A DNA stretch of 45,464 nt, from the IMG/VR virus record IMGVR_UViG_3300006143_000028. The stretch is one strand, 5' to 3'. Of the stretch, positions 8,480 through 17,332 are shown piece by piece. The notes below the pieces were generated by a model that worked only from the letters and a program-made list of their open reading frames with translations, searched no databases and was not told the DNA's origin. The stretch comes from a virus. Numbering within the stretch: the stretch's first letter is position 1; the number at the start of each line of letters is the position of its first letter. The translations under genes and the position numbers were made by a program.

Positions 8480-8872
8480 TCACCGTTCCAGATAGCGTTT
8501 CACGGCCTTGCGGCATCCGTCCTCCGTGTTCCCTCCGCCGATGCAGGCTGCCACCTGCCGCCAGGGCAATCCGCTGATAAAGCGATAGGTGAACACCTGC
8601 CGGAGAAAACTGTCATCAATGCCCGCTATGTAACGCTCCAAACGGCTCCGCTCATAAAGGCATTGCTGGTGCTTGGCCTCAATGATGCCCCGCAGGTCAG
8701 CGATTTCCGCCGCACATTCCCCCACCTTGTCCACCACGCCGGTGCCGTGAGGCATCCCGGTGATGACCTGAGCCCCCGGCAGGGCCCTGGCCTCAAGCTC
8801 ACGGAGGCGGCGCTGGTCCATTTCAATCTCCCGGTTGAGATAGTAAAGCTGGGACAGCTCCTTTAGGGTCAT
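8480..8872 (-). CDS. Late-gene transcriptional activator (sigma-70 region-4-like; RinA/ArpU/DUF1492-type)
   Basis: 130 aa. The N-terminus LSQLYYLNREIEMDQRRLRELE...GMPHGTG and the C-terminal HTH-like FISGLPWRQVAACIG...AVKRYLER fit this family. It sits directly upstream of terS, as is typical. Confidence 0.6.
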   Translation of the reverse strand: MTLKELSQLYYLNREIEMDQRRLRELEARALPGAQVITGMPHGTGVVDKVGECAAEIADLRGIIEAKHQQCLYERSRLERYIAGIDDSFLRQVFTYRFISGLPWRQVAACIGGGNTEDGCRKAVKRYLER

Positions 8873-9210
8873 TCCTCCGCCTCCTCACCTTTCCAGACAG
8901 GCTTGCACTCACCCGTGCCGAAAGTGCACTTGCAGGCGCACACCTTGCAGGCATCGCCGCCCGCCATGACAAAATGCAGGTCATCAAGGGCCCGGCGGAG
9001 CATGGCGTTGACGCCACCCAGCTTGTCCTCAGCGATGTGGGCCCGCTCCACGGCCTGCTGGATGTCCTGGGCGGACGGCGCAGACGCCAGCCGCTCCTCC
9101 AGTTGGTCAGCCCTCAGCAGGTCCGCCTCATGCTGGACGGTCAGCCGGGCGTTTTCCCGGATGAGCTCATCGGTGAAAATCGTTTCCTTATCCATCACAA
9201 TACTGCTCAT
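8869..9210 (-). CDS. Hypothetical protein (coiled-coil N-terminus, Cys-rich C-terminus)
   Basis: 113-aa ORF with ATGA overlap to the SNF2 gene. The C-terminus reads GGDACKVCACKCTFGTGEC. Confidence 0.6.
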   Translation of the reverse strand: MSSIVMDKETIFTDELIRENARLTVQHEADLLRADQLEERLASAPSAQDIQQAVERAHIAEDKLGGVNAMLRRALDDLHFVMAGGDACKVCACKCTFGTGECKPVWKGEEAEE

Positions 9211-10610
9211 TTTGTTGTTTCCTCCTTGATTTTCTTAATTCTGGCCTTTAGGGCCCGCATGACCGCCTCATGGGTGTCCGCCCGGTCCCGTATCGTTTCC
9301 ATGACATCCTCATCCTCGCAGTCCTGGACCACCAGGTAATGCACGAAAACCTTGTCAAAGGGGGAGCCCTGGCGGTATAGGCGGCAATTTCCCTGGTCAT
9401 TCAGTTCAAAGGACCAGTTGAGGCCATACCACACCACATGACGGCCCCCGGCCTGGAGATTTAGACCATAGGCGCAGCTTGCCGGGTGCACCAGCAGCAC
9501 GTCCACCTCCCCGTTGTTCCAGGCGTCCTCATCCTCCGTGCCCTTGTAGACCCTCACCCGCAGCTTGTCCCGGCGGCCCTTGTTGTACCTCTCCAGCCGC
9601 TCCAGGATGCGGTCCTTGTCGTGCTGGTAGCCGTAGAACGTCAAACAATGCTCCCCGTCAAACTGCTCCAGCAGCTCCACATAGGCGTCCAGCTTGCAAT
9701 CATGGACCGGGACCACCTTGCCATCGTTGTTGTAGACGGCCCCGTTGCAATACTGCAAAAGTTTCCCCACCAGCACCCCAGCGGTGCCCGCCGTGATGAT
9801 GTCCTCATCCACCTCCAGCAGCAGGTCTCGCTCAAATTGGTCATAGTCCCGCTTGGCCTTGGCATCCAGCATCACCGGGATTTCATGCTGGATGAAGTCC
9901 GGCAGTTGCAGGTAGTCCTCCGCTTTCATGGAAATGCAGATGTCAGAAATGGCCGCCAGCACGGCGCTCTCCGCTCCGTCCTTGGCCTTGTAGCTGAAAA
10001 TCTGGGTCCGGCTCCGCTGGTCCGGGTCAAAGTATCGCTCCCGGTAGGCGCTCAGGGTAGGCCCCAGACGCTCACCACCGTCCAGGAGATACACCTGGGC
10101 CCACAGGTCAATGAGGCCCTTGGAGGACGGCGTGCCGGTCAGCAGGACCATCCGCTTGATGAAACGGCGGACCCGCCGCATGGCCTTAAAGCGCTTGCTC
10201 TGGGAGTTCTTAAAGCTGGTACTCTCATCCAGGACCACCATGTCAAAGGGCCAGGCCTGCTGGTAGTAGTCCACCAGCCACTCCACATTTTCCCGGTTGA
10301 TGACGTAGATGTCCGCCGGGGTGCTGAGGGCCTTTATGCGCTTGGACGTGCTCCCCAGCACCGTGGAGATGCGCAGGTGTTGCAGGTGGTCCCACCGTGC
10401 CGCCTCCTTTTGCCAGGTGGCCTCCGCCACCTTTTTGGGGGCCACCACCAGCACCTTGGACACCTGCCAGCGGAAATACTTGAGGATGTTGACGGCGGAA
10501 AGCGTGATGCTGGTTTTGCCCAGGCCGGGCCGCAGGAACAAACCAACGGCGGGGAGGTCCGTCACAAGCTGGATGCAATAGGCCTGGTAGTTATGCGGTA
10601 TGTACTGCAT
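9207..10610 (-). CDS. SNF2-family DNA helicase
   Basis: Motif I GLGKTS, motif II VVLDESTSFKN, and a helicase C-terminal half. The ATG at 10610 has RBS GGGAGG. Confidence 0.85.
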   Translation of the reverse strand: MQYIPHNYQAYCIQLVTDLPAVGLFLRPGLGKTSITLSAVNILKYFRWQVSKVLVVAPKKVAEATWQKEAARWDHLQHLRISTVLGSTSKRIKALSTPADIYVINRENVEWLVDYYQQAWPFDMVVLDESTSFKNSQSKRFKAMRRVRRFIKRMVLLTGTPSSKGLIDLWAQVYLLDGGERLGPTLSAYRERYFDPDQRSRTQIFSYKAKDGAESAVLAAISDICISMKAEDYLQLPDFIQHEIPVMLDAKAKRDYDQFERDLLLEVDEDIITAGTAGVLVGKLLQYCNGAVYNNDGKVVPVHDCKLDAYVELLEQFDGEHCLTFYGYQHDKDRILERLERYNKGRRDKLRVRVYKGTEDEDAWNNGEVDVLLVHPASCAYGLNLQAGGRHVVWYGLNWSFELNDQGNCRLYRQGSPFDKVFVHYLVVQDCEDEDVMETIRDRADTHEAVMRALKARIKKIKEETTK

Positions 10611-10887
10611 CCCCAAAAACCTCCCTCAAAAAATCTTTCACGGCGTCCATCCCAAAAAGCACCCGGACATCCGCCCCCCGTTTCTCCAGTTCGCTCCGCT
10701 GCCATTTCTGCACCTTGGCCAGCCTCCCGATTTCCGTTTTGAGCTCCACATAAATGGTCTTTCCGGCTGGGGTGATGACGATGCGGTCAGGCACACCAGG
10801 ATTGCCGGGAGAAACAAACTTGAAACACAGGCCGCCGTGCTCTTTCACCTTGCGGACCATGTAGCTCTCAATTTGACTTTCTTTCAC
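10591..10887 (-). CDS. VRR-NUC domain nuclease
   Basis: PD-(D/E)xK-type motifs GVPDRIV ... IYVELKTE...KVQKW. The likely start is GTG 10887, preceded by CAAGGAGG. Confidence 0.8.
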   Translation of the reverse strand: MKESQIESYMVRKVKEHGGLCFKFVSPGNPGVPDRIVITPAGKTIYVELKTEIGRLAKVQKWQRSELEKRGADVRVLFGMDAVKDFLREVFGDAVHTA

Positions 10888-10904
10888 GCTTTCGCCTCCT
10901 TGTA

Positions 10905-11147
10905 GTAACATTCAGCGTTTTTCTATACTTTTATACGCATCAGGCGATTTAGGCGGTCTATATACTCTCTAAATCCTCTGTTTTACGGTTAATAGGAAAT
11001 GAATGTTACAATGTTACAAAATGCCTCAAAGCCTTGCGCCGCAAGGGTTTGAGCCGTAACATTGACTGTAACATTCAGCGTAACATGTTACGGGGTCCGT
11101 GTAACATTCAGCGGCCAATGTTACACGATGTTACAGGCAATGTTACA
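10905..11147. repeat. Iteron-like array: about 11 copies of GTAACAT/ATGTTAC in both orientations, plus an AT-rich tract; putative replication origin
   Basis: GTAACAT occurs at 10905, 11056, 11068, 11080 and 11101; three of these extend to GTAACATTCAGCG. ATGTTAC(A) occurs at 11003, 11011, 11084, 11118, 11128 and 11140. An AT-rich segment spans 10918-11000. Confidence 0.6.
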
Positions 11148-13539
11148 CGGTTTTTCTAAAGCCACGCTGTACTCCGCAGTAGCCGCAGCGCATGGCCTTG
11201 GTGGACTTTTCCCACCCGGCGGCGGCCTCAAGGATGCTGTTGATTTCCGCCGTGTCACTGTATCGCATATCCTTTTGCCTGCCGTCCAGGGCCTCACACC
11301 ACACCTCAAGGGCACACACCCGGTCACGGTCCACCAGCTTGATGTCACCCTGCACGGAGCCCGCCCAAAACATCCGGCGGCGGTCCAGGGGCCAGCTCTG
11401 CCAGTCCTCCGGCACCTGGCGGCTCAGGAAGTCCATGATGATGCCCTCACGGGCGCTGACTTCCCGGTGTTCCTCCTGCTTGACCTTGGCGGCCTCCTCC
11501 AGCTCCCCGCTGAGGTATAGGGGCTCCCCCAGTTGCCAGCGGACCTTGGCCTCCGCCCAGAGCTGGTCAATCTCACCGGGCAAGTCCGTCCAGACGCCCT
11601 TGGTGACCGGGGCCACCCCCACGTCCACCGGCCAAAAGCGGCGGTTTCCCGTGCGGTCCTGCAAAAAGTCCTTGGTGTTGGTGGTGCCGAAAAAGACACA
11701 GCACCGGGGCAGCTCCTTGACGTGGCGGCCATAGGCGGCCCGGAAACGGTCCGTCCGCAGGCTCAAAAACTGCTTGATGCGGGCCACGTCCGTGCGCCGG
11801 AAAGCGTCAAGCTCCGATATTTCCACCAGCCACACCCCCTGCAAGAGCTCAGAGGCCTCCTTGCCCTCAAAGGTGCGGATGCTGTCATTAAACCAGCCCC
11901 GGCTCATCTTATCCAGCAGGGTGCTCTTGCCCAGGCCCTGGGGCCCGGCCAGGATGAGCATATTGTCATACTTGCTGCCGGGTATCATGGCACGGGTCAC
12001 GGCGGCGGTAAACGCCTTGCGGGTCACCGCCCTGGTGTATGGGGTATCAGCGGCCCCCAGGTAGTCAATGAAAAGGGTGTCAAGCCGGGGCACCCCGTCC
12101 CAGGCCAGACCGCTCAAAAAGTCCTGCACCTCATTAAAGGCGTGGGCGGTGGCGTGGAGGGAGAGGGCCCCGTCAATCTTCCCGTTGCCGGTGATGTGGT
12201 GGTATCGCTCCATGTACCAATAAAGGCCCTCATTGTCATTGTCATCCCAGAGGCGGCGGACCGTGCGGGCGTCCCATGGGAGGGCCCCCAGGACCTCACC
12301 CCGGCCCGCAAAGCGGTTGAGGGCAAAGCGGCCTTTTAGGAGAGGGTCATGCTCCAGGATAATCCACACGTTGTCAATGGTGGCCTTGGGGAGCCCCGTC
12401 TGGGTGTTCAAGGCCAGCAGGGTCATCCAGTTGGCGGGGTCCTCATCATTGTCCCCGGCCACGCCCTCAAAGTCCTGCACGGCCTCCTGGTAGCGCTCCT
12501 GGCTCATGAGGGCGGCCACACCGGCGTCCTGCACGGCCAGCTCACACATGGCCACATAGGAGGGCAGGCGGTTGGTGGGCGTCCCCGGCTGGGCCTCATC
12601 GTCCTTGTCCCCAAAGCGATGCAGGCGCACAAGGTCAAAGGCGTTGACCAGCCGGTTGGAGCAGGGGTCCGTGGCGTGGTGGCTATACAGAAATTTGCCG
12701 TTGTCATAGACCACGGCCCCGCCGGTAGTGGAGCCGCCCAGGTAGGTGTAGCGGCCAGGCATATTGTCCACCGGCTCATACATTCCGGGGATGAGCTCAT
12801 CCATGGCACGGAAAACGTCATAGGTGCGGCAGAAAGCCCCCACCACGCCCTTTTTGGCCTCCGGGTCACCCTGCTTGACGGCCAGCTTGGGGAGGCTCAC
12901 AGCGCCCGGCACTTGCGGCCACAGGGTACAGTCACGCCAGTCCTCATATTGGGCCAGCAGGTTGTTGGCGGAGATGAGGGGCCGGTCCTGCCAGAAATAG
13001 ATATACTGGCTATCAGAGCAGCAGGAGGGCCAATACATGAGCCGGGACACCTCAAAGGTGGTGGGGTCCATGAGCTCCATGCCTATGTATTCCGCCGCCT
13101 TGCGGGCCAGGGGCTCATATTCGTCTGCTGACACGGTGCGGTCAAGGGGCAGCAGGACCCGGAGCCGGGGGGCCGCCGGGCTGTGTTTCCGGGTGGAATA
13201 GATGCAATAGCTGCAGCCCAGGCCATCCACCCGGCGGAGCACATCATCCGTTCCTCCGGCGGGGATGTTGTCCAGGTCCAGGGTGAGGATGTCCCGCCCG
13301 GTGACGGCGTTGGCCTTGCGGCGGGGCCCGGAGAGGGTGCCCGCCATAAAGCCGCCAACGTCCTTGAGGTCATCCTGCTGGGCCTTTTTCATATTCAGAT
13401 ATTCCGCCAAGGGCTCCGTGCCCCTGGCGGGGGTCTGGAGCCGGGCCCACAGCTCCGAAAGGAGCATGGTCTGGGCGGTCCAGTTCATGGCCCGCCGGTT
13501 GTTTCCGGCGGAAATTGTTATTTTGCGGTCATACTGCAT
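11143..13539 (-). CDS. DNA primase-helicase (N-terminal primase-polymerase-like region plus VirE / P4-type NTPase)
   Basis: 798 aa with Walker A ILAGPQGLGKSTLLDKM and VirE-like surrounding sequence (RFRAAYGRHVKELPRCCVFFGTTN). Confidence 0.8.
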   Translation of the reverse strand: MQYDRKITISAGNNRRAMNWTAQTMLLSELWARLQTPARGTEPLAEYLNMKKAQQDDLKDVGGFMAGTLSGPRRKANAVTGRDILTLDLDNIPAGGTDDVLRRVDGLGCSYCIYSTRKHSPAAPRLRVLLPLDRTVSADEYEPLARKAAEYIGMELMDPTTFEVSRLMYWPSCCSDSQYIYFWQDRPLISANNLLAQYEDWRDCTLWPQVPGAVSLPKLAVKQGDPEAKKGVVGAFCRTYDVFRAMDELIPGMYEPVDNMPGRYTYLGGSTTGGAVVYDNGKFLYSHHATDPCSNRLVNAFDLVRLHRFGDKDDEAQPGTPTNRLPSYVAMCELAVQDAGVAALMSQERYQEAVQDFEGVAGDNDEDPANWMTLLALNTQTGLPKATIDNVWIILEHDPLLKGRFALNRFAGRGEVLGALPWDARTVRRLWDDNDNEGLYWYMERYHHITGNGKIDGALSLHATAHAFNEVQDFLSGLAWDGVPRLDTLFIDYLGAADTPYTRAVTRKAFTAAVTRAMIPGSKYDNMLILAGPQGLGKSTLLDKMSRGWFNDSIRTFEGKEASELLQGVWLVEISELDAFRRTDVARIKQFLSLRTDRFRAAYGRHVKELPRCCVFFGTTNTKDFLQDRTGNRRFWPVDVGVAPVTKGVWTDLPGEIDQLWAEAKVRWQLGEPLYLSGELEEAAKVKQEEHREVSAREGIIMDFLSRQVPEDWQSWPLDRRRMFWAGSVQGDIKLVDRDRVCALEVWCEALDGRQKDMRYSDTAEINSILEAAAGWEKSTKAMRCGYCGVQRGFRKTV

Positions 13540-13563
13540 GGAGGATTGCTCCTTTTCCTTGTC

Positions 13564-14079
13564 TTACGGCTTATAACGGTACAGCTTTAGCCCCCGGCGG
13601 TCTATGTCATATTCAAACTTAGCTCCGTACAGATGCCCCAAAAGAAAAGGTTTATTTTTCCAGTTTCCGTTTGGGTCCACTCTGACTATTCCCCAGCACC
13701 CAAAGTCCTCACACCATGCTGGTTCTCCGTCCATACCTCGCAGCTCTGCCAGGGTCAGGGGCTCATTGGAAACGGGGAGGACCACGGCCCTGTCGTCCCA
13801 GTATTCGGTGGCTCCCACCTTGCGGGGCCGGTTGCAAAAGGCCTCAATCCAGTCTGGCAGGCTTTCATTGATGGCGTCAAAGGTCAGGCCCCACTCACGG
13901 CACGCCTGCACGGCGGCCTGGAGCAGCAGGCCCTCCCGGCAGGTCCAGAGGATGAGCCCCGCCCCGGCGGCCTGCCGCTCCTTGGCCTTGGCAATCACGG
14001 CCCAGTTAGGGCCCCCGATGTCGGGGTAAGCGTTCACGCACAGGCAGCCGTCAAAGTCAATGGCAATGGCGTCCCTCAT
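13564..14079 (-). CDS. HAD-superfamily-like hydrolase (tentative)
   Basis: N-terminal DxD motif AIDFDGCL, followed by LILWTCREG...WGLTFDAINES. Confidence 0.4.
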   Translation of the reverse strand: MRDAIAIDFDGCLCVNAYPDIGGPNWAVIAKAKERQAAGAGLILWTCREGLLLQAAVQACREWGLTFDAINESLPDWIEAFCNRPRKVGATEYWDDRAVVLPVSNEPLTLAELRGMDGEPAWCEDFGCWGIVRVDPNGNWKNKPFLLGHLYGAKFEYDIDRRGLKLYRYKP

Positions 14080-14291
14080 CTAAAGCACCTCCCGGTCTTT
14101 TTGTCACGGAGCTCAATGCGGGCCAGCAGCTCAAAGCCGCTTTCTGCTATGATGTACTTGAGCACTTTGATGAGGAAATTGACCTTGCCCTCCAGGGCCT
14201 CATCCTCACGGATAATGGGCTTTAATGCGTGGTAGGCCGTGGGGTCCGGGCATCCGCTGGCGTTGAGAAAAGGGTTTTTGTTGTCAGGCAT
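14076..14291 (-). CDS. Hypothetical protein
   Basis: 71-aa ORF, translationally coupled to its neighbours by overlapping start/stop codons on both sides. Confidence 0.5.
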   Translation of the reverse strand: MPDNKNPFLNASGCPDPTAYHALKPIIREDEALEGKVNFLIKVLKYIIAESGFELLARIELRDKKTGRCFR

Positions 14292-14487
14292 TGCGGGCCT
14301 CCTTTGCAGCTCTCTGGGCCCACTTCACGCCGGGGTCCTTGTCGGTCAGCACCCGCCCGCTGGCACACTTGACACATTTGATGCGCCAATGTCCGGCGTG
14401 GCGTTCAAAATGGCCATAGCCGGGCGGGGTCCAGGCTCCGCAGCAGTAGCAGGTGCCAGGGTATTTGTTTCTTGCCATTTGGGTCAC
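14284..14487 (-). CDS. Hypothetical Cys/His-rich small protein
   Basis: 67 aa with GTCYCCGAW...HFERHAGHWRIKCVKC, coupled to its neighbours. Confidence 0.5.
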   Translation of the reverse strand: MTQMARNKYPGTCYCCGAWTPPGYGHFERHAGHWRIKCVKCASGRVLTDKDPGVKWAQRAAKEARNA

Positions 14488-14987
14488 CTCTTTGCGATTT
14501 CTTCAAAAACAATGGTCTTGGGCAGGATGCCCTTGCACACATAAATGCTGCTGAATGGCGGGTTTAGGGAGGGGGCGGGGTCCTCATAGCTCTTGAAATA
14601 GGCCACCCGGCGGTTGAAATACATGATTTCAAAGTCATGCTCTCTGAACATCTCAAACCGGCGCTGGCTTTCAAAGAGGCCCACCACCCCCACCAGCATG
14701 GCAAAGGGCTTGTCCAGGTCAAAAAGCCGCTCCAGCACCTCTCCCTTGAGGGAATAGGGCGGGTTGCTGATTATGTAATCACAGGGCGGGGGCTCCGTGG
14801 AAAAGAAGTCCTGGCCAGTGGAGAGGTGCGTGGCGGTAACTTGGTAGCCGAACAAGCGGAAAATCCGCACGAAAAGGCTTTCCTCTGTGTCAAACGGGCA
14901 CCATATAGAGATGGGCTGGTCTGAGTAAGGGGGGGGGGAGATGTCGGAGCAGAGGGGTGATTGCATAGGCTGGGGTGTAAAACTCAT
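14484..14987 (-). CDS. Putative N6-adenine DNA methyltransferase-like protein (NPPY motif)
   Basis: 167 aa with DYIISNPPYS (motif IV). It has a C10 tract on the coding strand at codons 17-20 (14929-14938). Confidence 0.55.
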   Translation of the reverse strand: MSFTPQPMQSPLCSDISPPPYSDQPISIWCPFDTEESLFVRIFRLFGYQVTATHLSTGQDFFSTEPPPCDYIISNPPYSLKGEVLERLFDLDKPFAMLVGVVGLFESQRRFEMFREHDFEIMYFNRRVAYFKSYEDPAPSLNPPFSSIYVCKGILPKTIVFEEIAKR

Positions 14988-15026
14988 CGTTTTTGCTATT
15001 GGCCACCTCCGCCACCTTAAAGCCGC

Positions 15027-15158
15027 TCACCGCTGGCCTCTCCGGCAGCGCCCGGCGTTTTCATTGGGTTGCCAGTCCTCCACCACAATGACCGGCTCAC
15101 CGGGGCCCTTGTCACAGATAAAGTCACCCTCTCCGATGTAAATACAGTTGTCACACAT
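15027..15158 (-). CDS. Possible small Cys-rich protein (43 aa, below the ORF-track cutoff)
   Basis: Hand translation gives MCDNCIYIGEGDFICDKGPGEPVIVVEDWQPNENAGRCRRGQR. It fills the gap between two genes, but the RBS is weak. Confidence 0.3.
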   Translation of the reverse strand: MCDNCIYIGEGDFICDKGPGEPVIVVEDWQPNENAGRCRRGQR

Positions 15159-15166
15159 TCCGGGGG

Positions 15167-15553
15167 TCACACATCCGGGGCTTTTCCTGGCGCGGGTGTT
15201 TCTTGCGCTTTTTCATGCTGTGCCTCCTCTTTCTTAAAGCGTTCTTCAAGGTCAAAAATAGTGTAGTCTTGCTTAAATGACACTTTGGAAATAGCTTGAA
15301 TACAGCGGAGCTCTGCCCATAGGTCAGGATGATTTTTCCATAAGTCATGAAGTTCATTGAGGCGGGCGTTATGGCAAAACCAGCATCCATTGTCATGAAT
15401 GAAAGCGGCGTGCTCTGGATATTCTCCGCTGGTGGTATCGTCAAACATGACTTCACAATAGACCACTTCGTCCAGCGGCAGGCCGTGCTCAATGATGGTG
15501 AGTATCATGGCCAGGCTGTCCTTTCCGAAAGAGCAGGATGCAATGTATTTCAT
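15167..15553 (-). CDS. PP-loop ATPase, PAPS-reductase-like (short form)
   Basis: N-terminal SCSFGKDSLAM (SGGxDS-type PP-loop), then CWFC. At 128 aa it is shorter than typical family members. The segment is AT-richer than its surroundings. Confidence 0.55.
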   Translation of the reverse strand: MKYIASCSFGKDSLAMILTIIEHGLPLDEVVYCEVMFDDTTSGEYPEHAAFIHDNGCWFCHNARLNELHDLWKNHPDLWAELRCIQAISKVSFKQDYTIFDLEERFKKEEAQHEKAQETPAPGKAPDV

Positions 15554-15607
15554 GGGTGCCTCCCTGGCCCCACCACCGCTGCTGGCGGGGGGGGGCTTAG
15601 TGTTTAG

Positions 15608-16366
15608 TTACATGGCCGGAACACTGAAAGCGGCGGCACAGACACGCTTGAGGGCGATGCTGTAATATTGCGGGTCTGTTTCAAAGCCTATGTAATTCCG
15701 GCGGGTGTTGATGGCGGCCACCGCCGTGGAGCCTGAGCCAATGCAGTTGTCCAGAACGGTGTCACCCTCGTTGGTGTAGGTCTTTATCAGGTATTCAAGC
15801 AAAGCAACGGGTTTTTGTGTCGGATGTACCCCCCCCCTTGCTTTGTCCGTGTTAAAGCGTAGGATACTTCGGGGGTATCGGGTGCCGGTGTTCACAGTCT
15901 GCTTTTTCTTTACGTTGCGGGTGATGTCCCCGCTGGTGCCTTTTCCGCTGACATAGGGAGCGCCAGCCGTCATTTGCGGATTGTAAAGGTGCCGCTCCCG
16001 GCTAAAAACGGATATGACCTCATGGACCTTGTAGGGCTGATATTTGCAGAGCATGAAGTTGGCCCCCTGCTCTTTCTCCCATATCCAGTCATACCTAAAC
16101 TCTTTGAGGTTGCTGTGCCGCAGGGCGGTGGAAAAGGGTTCTGAGCCGAAAAGGATGATGGCCCCACTGGGTTTCACCAGTCGGTGGTATTGCTCCCATA
16201 ATGGCTCAAACGGGATGCAGGTGTCCCACTTGCACGCCGTGGTCCCATAGGGTAAATCACAGAGGACCATATCAATGCAGCCGTCCGGCAGGAGCCTCAT
16301 GCCCTCCAGACAGTCCATATTAAAGATTGAATTGATGGGCGGGTTTAGCATTAGTGGCCTCCTCAA
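15608..16366 (-). CDS. DNA methyltransferase, beta-class N4/N6 type
   Basis: Motif IV DLPYG lies N-terminal to the AdoMet motif VLDNCIGSGSTAVAA...GFE. A G9 tract on the coding strand lies at 15829-15837. Confidence 0.85.
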   Translation of the reverse strand: MRRPLMLNPPINSIFNMDCLEGMRLLPDGCIDMVLCDLPYGTTACKWDTCIPFEPLWEQYHRLVKPSGAIILFGSEPFSTALRHSNLKEFRYDWIWEKEQGANFMLCKYQPYKVHEVISVFSRERHLYNPQMTAGAPYVSGKGTSGDITRNVKKKQTVNTGTRYPRSILRFNTDKARGGVHPTQKPVALLEYLIKTYTNEGDTVLDNCIGSGSTAVAAINTRRNYIGFETDPQYYSIALKRVCAAAFSVPAM

Positions 16367-16393
16367 ACGGGTGTGTTTTTTCCGGCGGAAAAA

Positions 16394-16591
16394 TCAATCA
16401 GCCTTAAAGCCATGCTTGGCCAGGTAGCGCTCCGCCTGGGCGTACTGGGTAAAGGTCCGGCTCTTGCGGCGCTGGCGGTCCCGGCCCAAGACAACGGTGG
16501 AGCCGATGCCCTGGATGAGCCACTGGTCTTTGCCGTTCTTGCGGATGGGGTTAAAATAGACCGCCTCGCCTTTGTCGTTTATCATGTGCAC
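16394..16591 (-). CDS. Hypothetical protein
   Basis: 65-aa ORF with a GTG start preceded by AAGAGGAGG. Confidence 0.5.
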   Translation of the reverse strand: MHMINDKGEAVYFNPIRKNGKDQWLIQGIGSTVVLGRDRQRRKSRTFTQYAQAERYLAKHGFKAD

Positions 16592-16594
16592 GGC

Positions 16595-17278
16595 TCAAGC
16601 CTCCTCTTGCAGTATGCTCCCGGCCCATTGGTCTGCCATAGCGGCGGCGATGCCGGGGAATGTTTTGGCCCGGTTTAGCGGGTCCCGCTCTCTGCGTCCT
16701 TGAAAGCGTCTATAATTGCCGTGGGCGTCCTTGCATCCGCCATTTACCCAAGGGGTCACCCCCTCTGTGATGATTTTAGTGGGGGTCAGCGGCGGCAGGT
16801 TTTTGAGCCACAAGCAGGTCCGCTTTGTGTAGGGGTGGCCAAACTGCCACGGTTGTATTGCCTGGGTGTAGGGTGGCAGTCCCACAAGTTTCATGGGGGT
16901 TGGATTTTCAACAGCGATTTTTTCGCATTCAGCGGTCAGAAAGCGCATAAAGAAAGCCTTGGCCTCCATTGCCTTTGCATACCGCTCTGGGACAATTTCA
17001 CCTTTTACCCGCATACGGACAGCGCTGGCGTTGGTCAGGTAGGTGCACGGTGGAAAGGCAATTATCATGTCCCACCTGCCCAGTATGTAGTGCGGGGCCC
17101 CATCGCAGGTATAGAAAAAGGCATATCCGTCAAGCAAGGGGAGCACGTCTTGCTGGATGTGCCACTCTGGATGCCCGCCGGAGCACGGGATGATGTCGCA
17201 GCTATACGCTTCATGACCATGCTGCCGCAGAGCTATGGCAACAGCTTGGCTTTCTTCACAGGCAACAAGAATTTGCAT
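16595..17278 (-). CDS. Small C5-cytosine-methyltransferase-like protein (tentative)
   Basis: Motifs AFPPCTYLT (PC motif), AVENP (ENV-like) and RAKTFPGIAAAMADQW. The ATG at 17278 is preceded by GAGGGAGG. No clear FxGxG motif is present. Confidence 0.5.
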   Translation of the reverse strand: MQILVACEESQAVAIALRQHGHEAYSCDIIPCSGGHPEWHIQQDVLPLLDGYAFFYTCDGAPHYILGRWDMIIAFPPCTYLTNASAVRMRVKGEIVPERYAKAMEAKAFFMRFLTAECEKIAVENPTPMKLVGLPPYTQAIQPWQFGHPYTKRTCLWLKNLPPLTPTKIITEGVTPWVNGGCKDAHGNYRRFQGRRERDPLNRAKTFPGIAAAMADQWAGSILQEEA

Positions 17279-17332
17279 AAGGCCTCCCTCAGCCCGCCGC
17301 CGCATGGGTAGCGGGGGGGGGGGCTTGTTCAA

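Noticed and set aside
8292-8516. 74-aa ORF containing FVRFVRFVRFV
   Set aside because: The peptide repeat is simply the translation of the 9-bp tandem DNA repeats in the terS upstream intergenic region. There is no RBS and no coding-like composition.
17279-17332. TTG-initiated N-terminal extension (MNKPPPPLPMRRRAEGGL) of the C5-MTase-like gene
   Set aside because: The internal ATG at 17278 has a much stronger RBS (GAGGGAGG). The extension is mentioned only because the G11 tract lies in frame within it.
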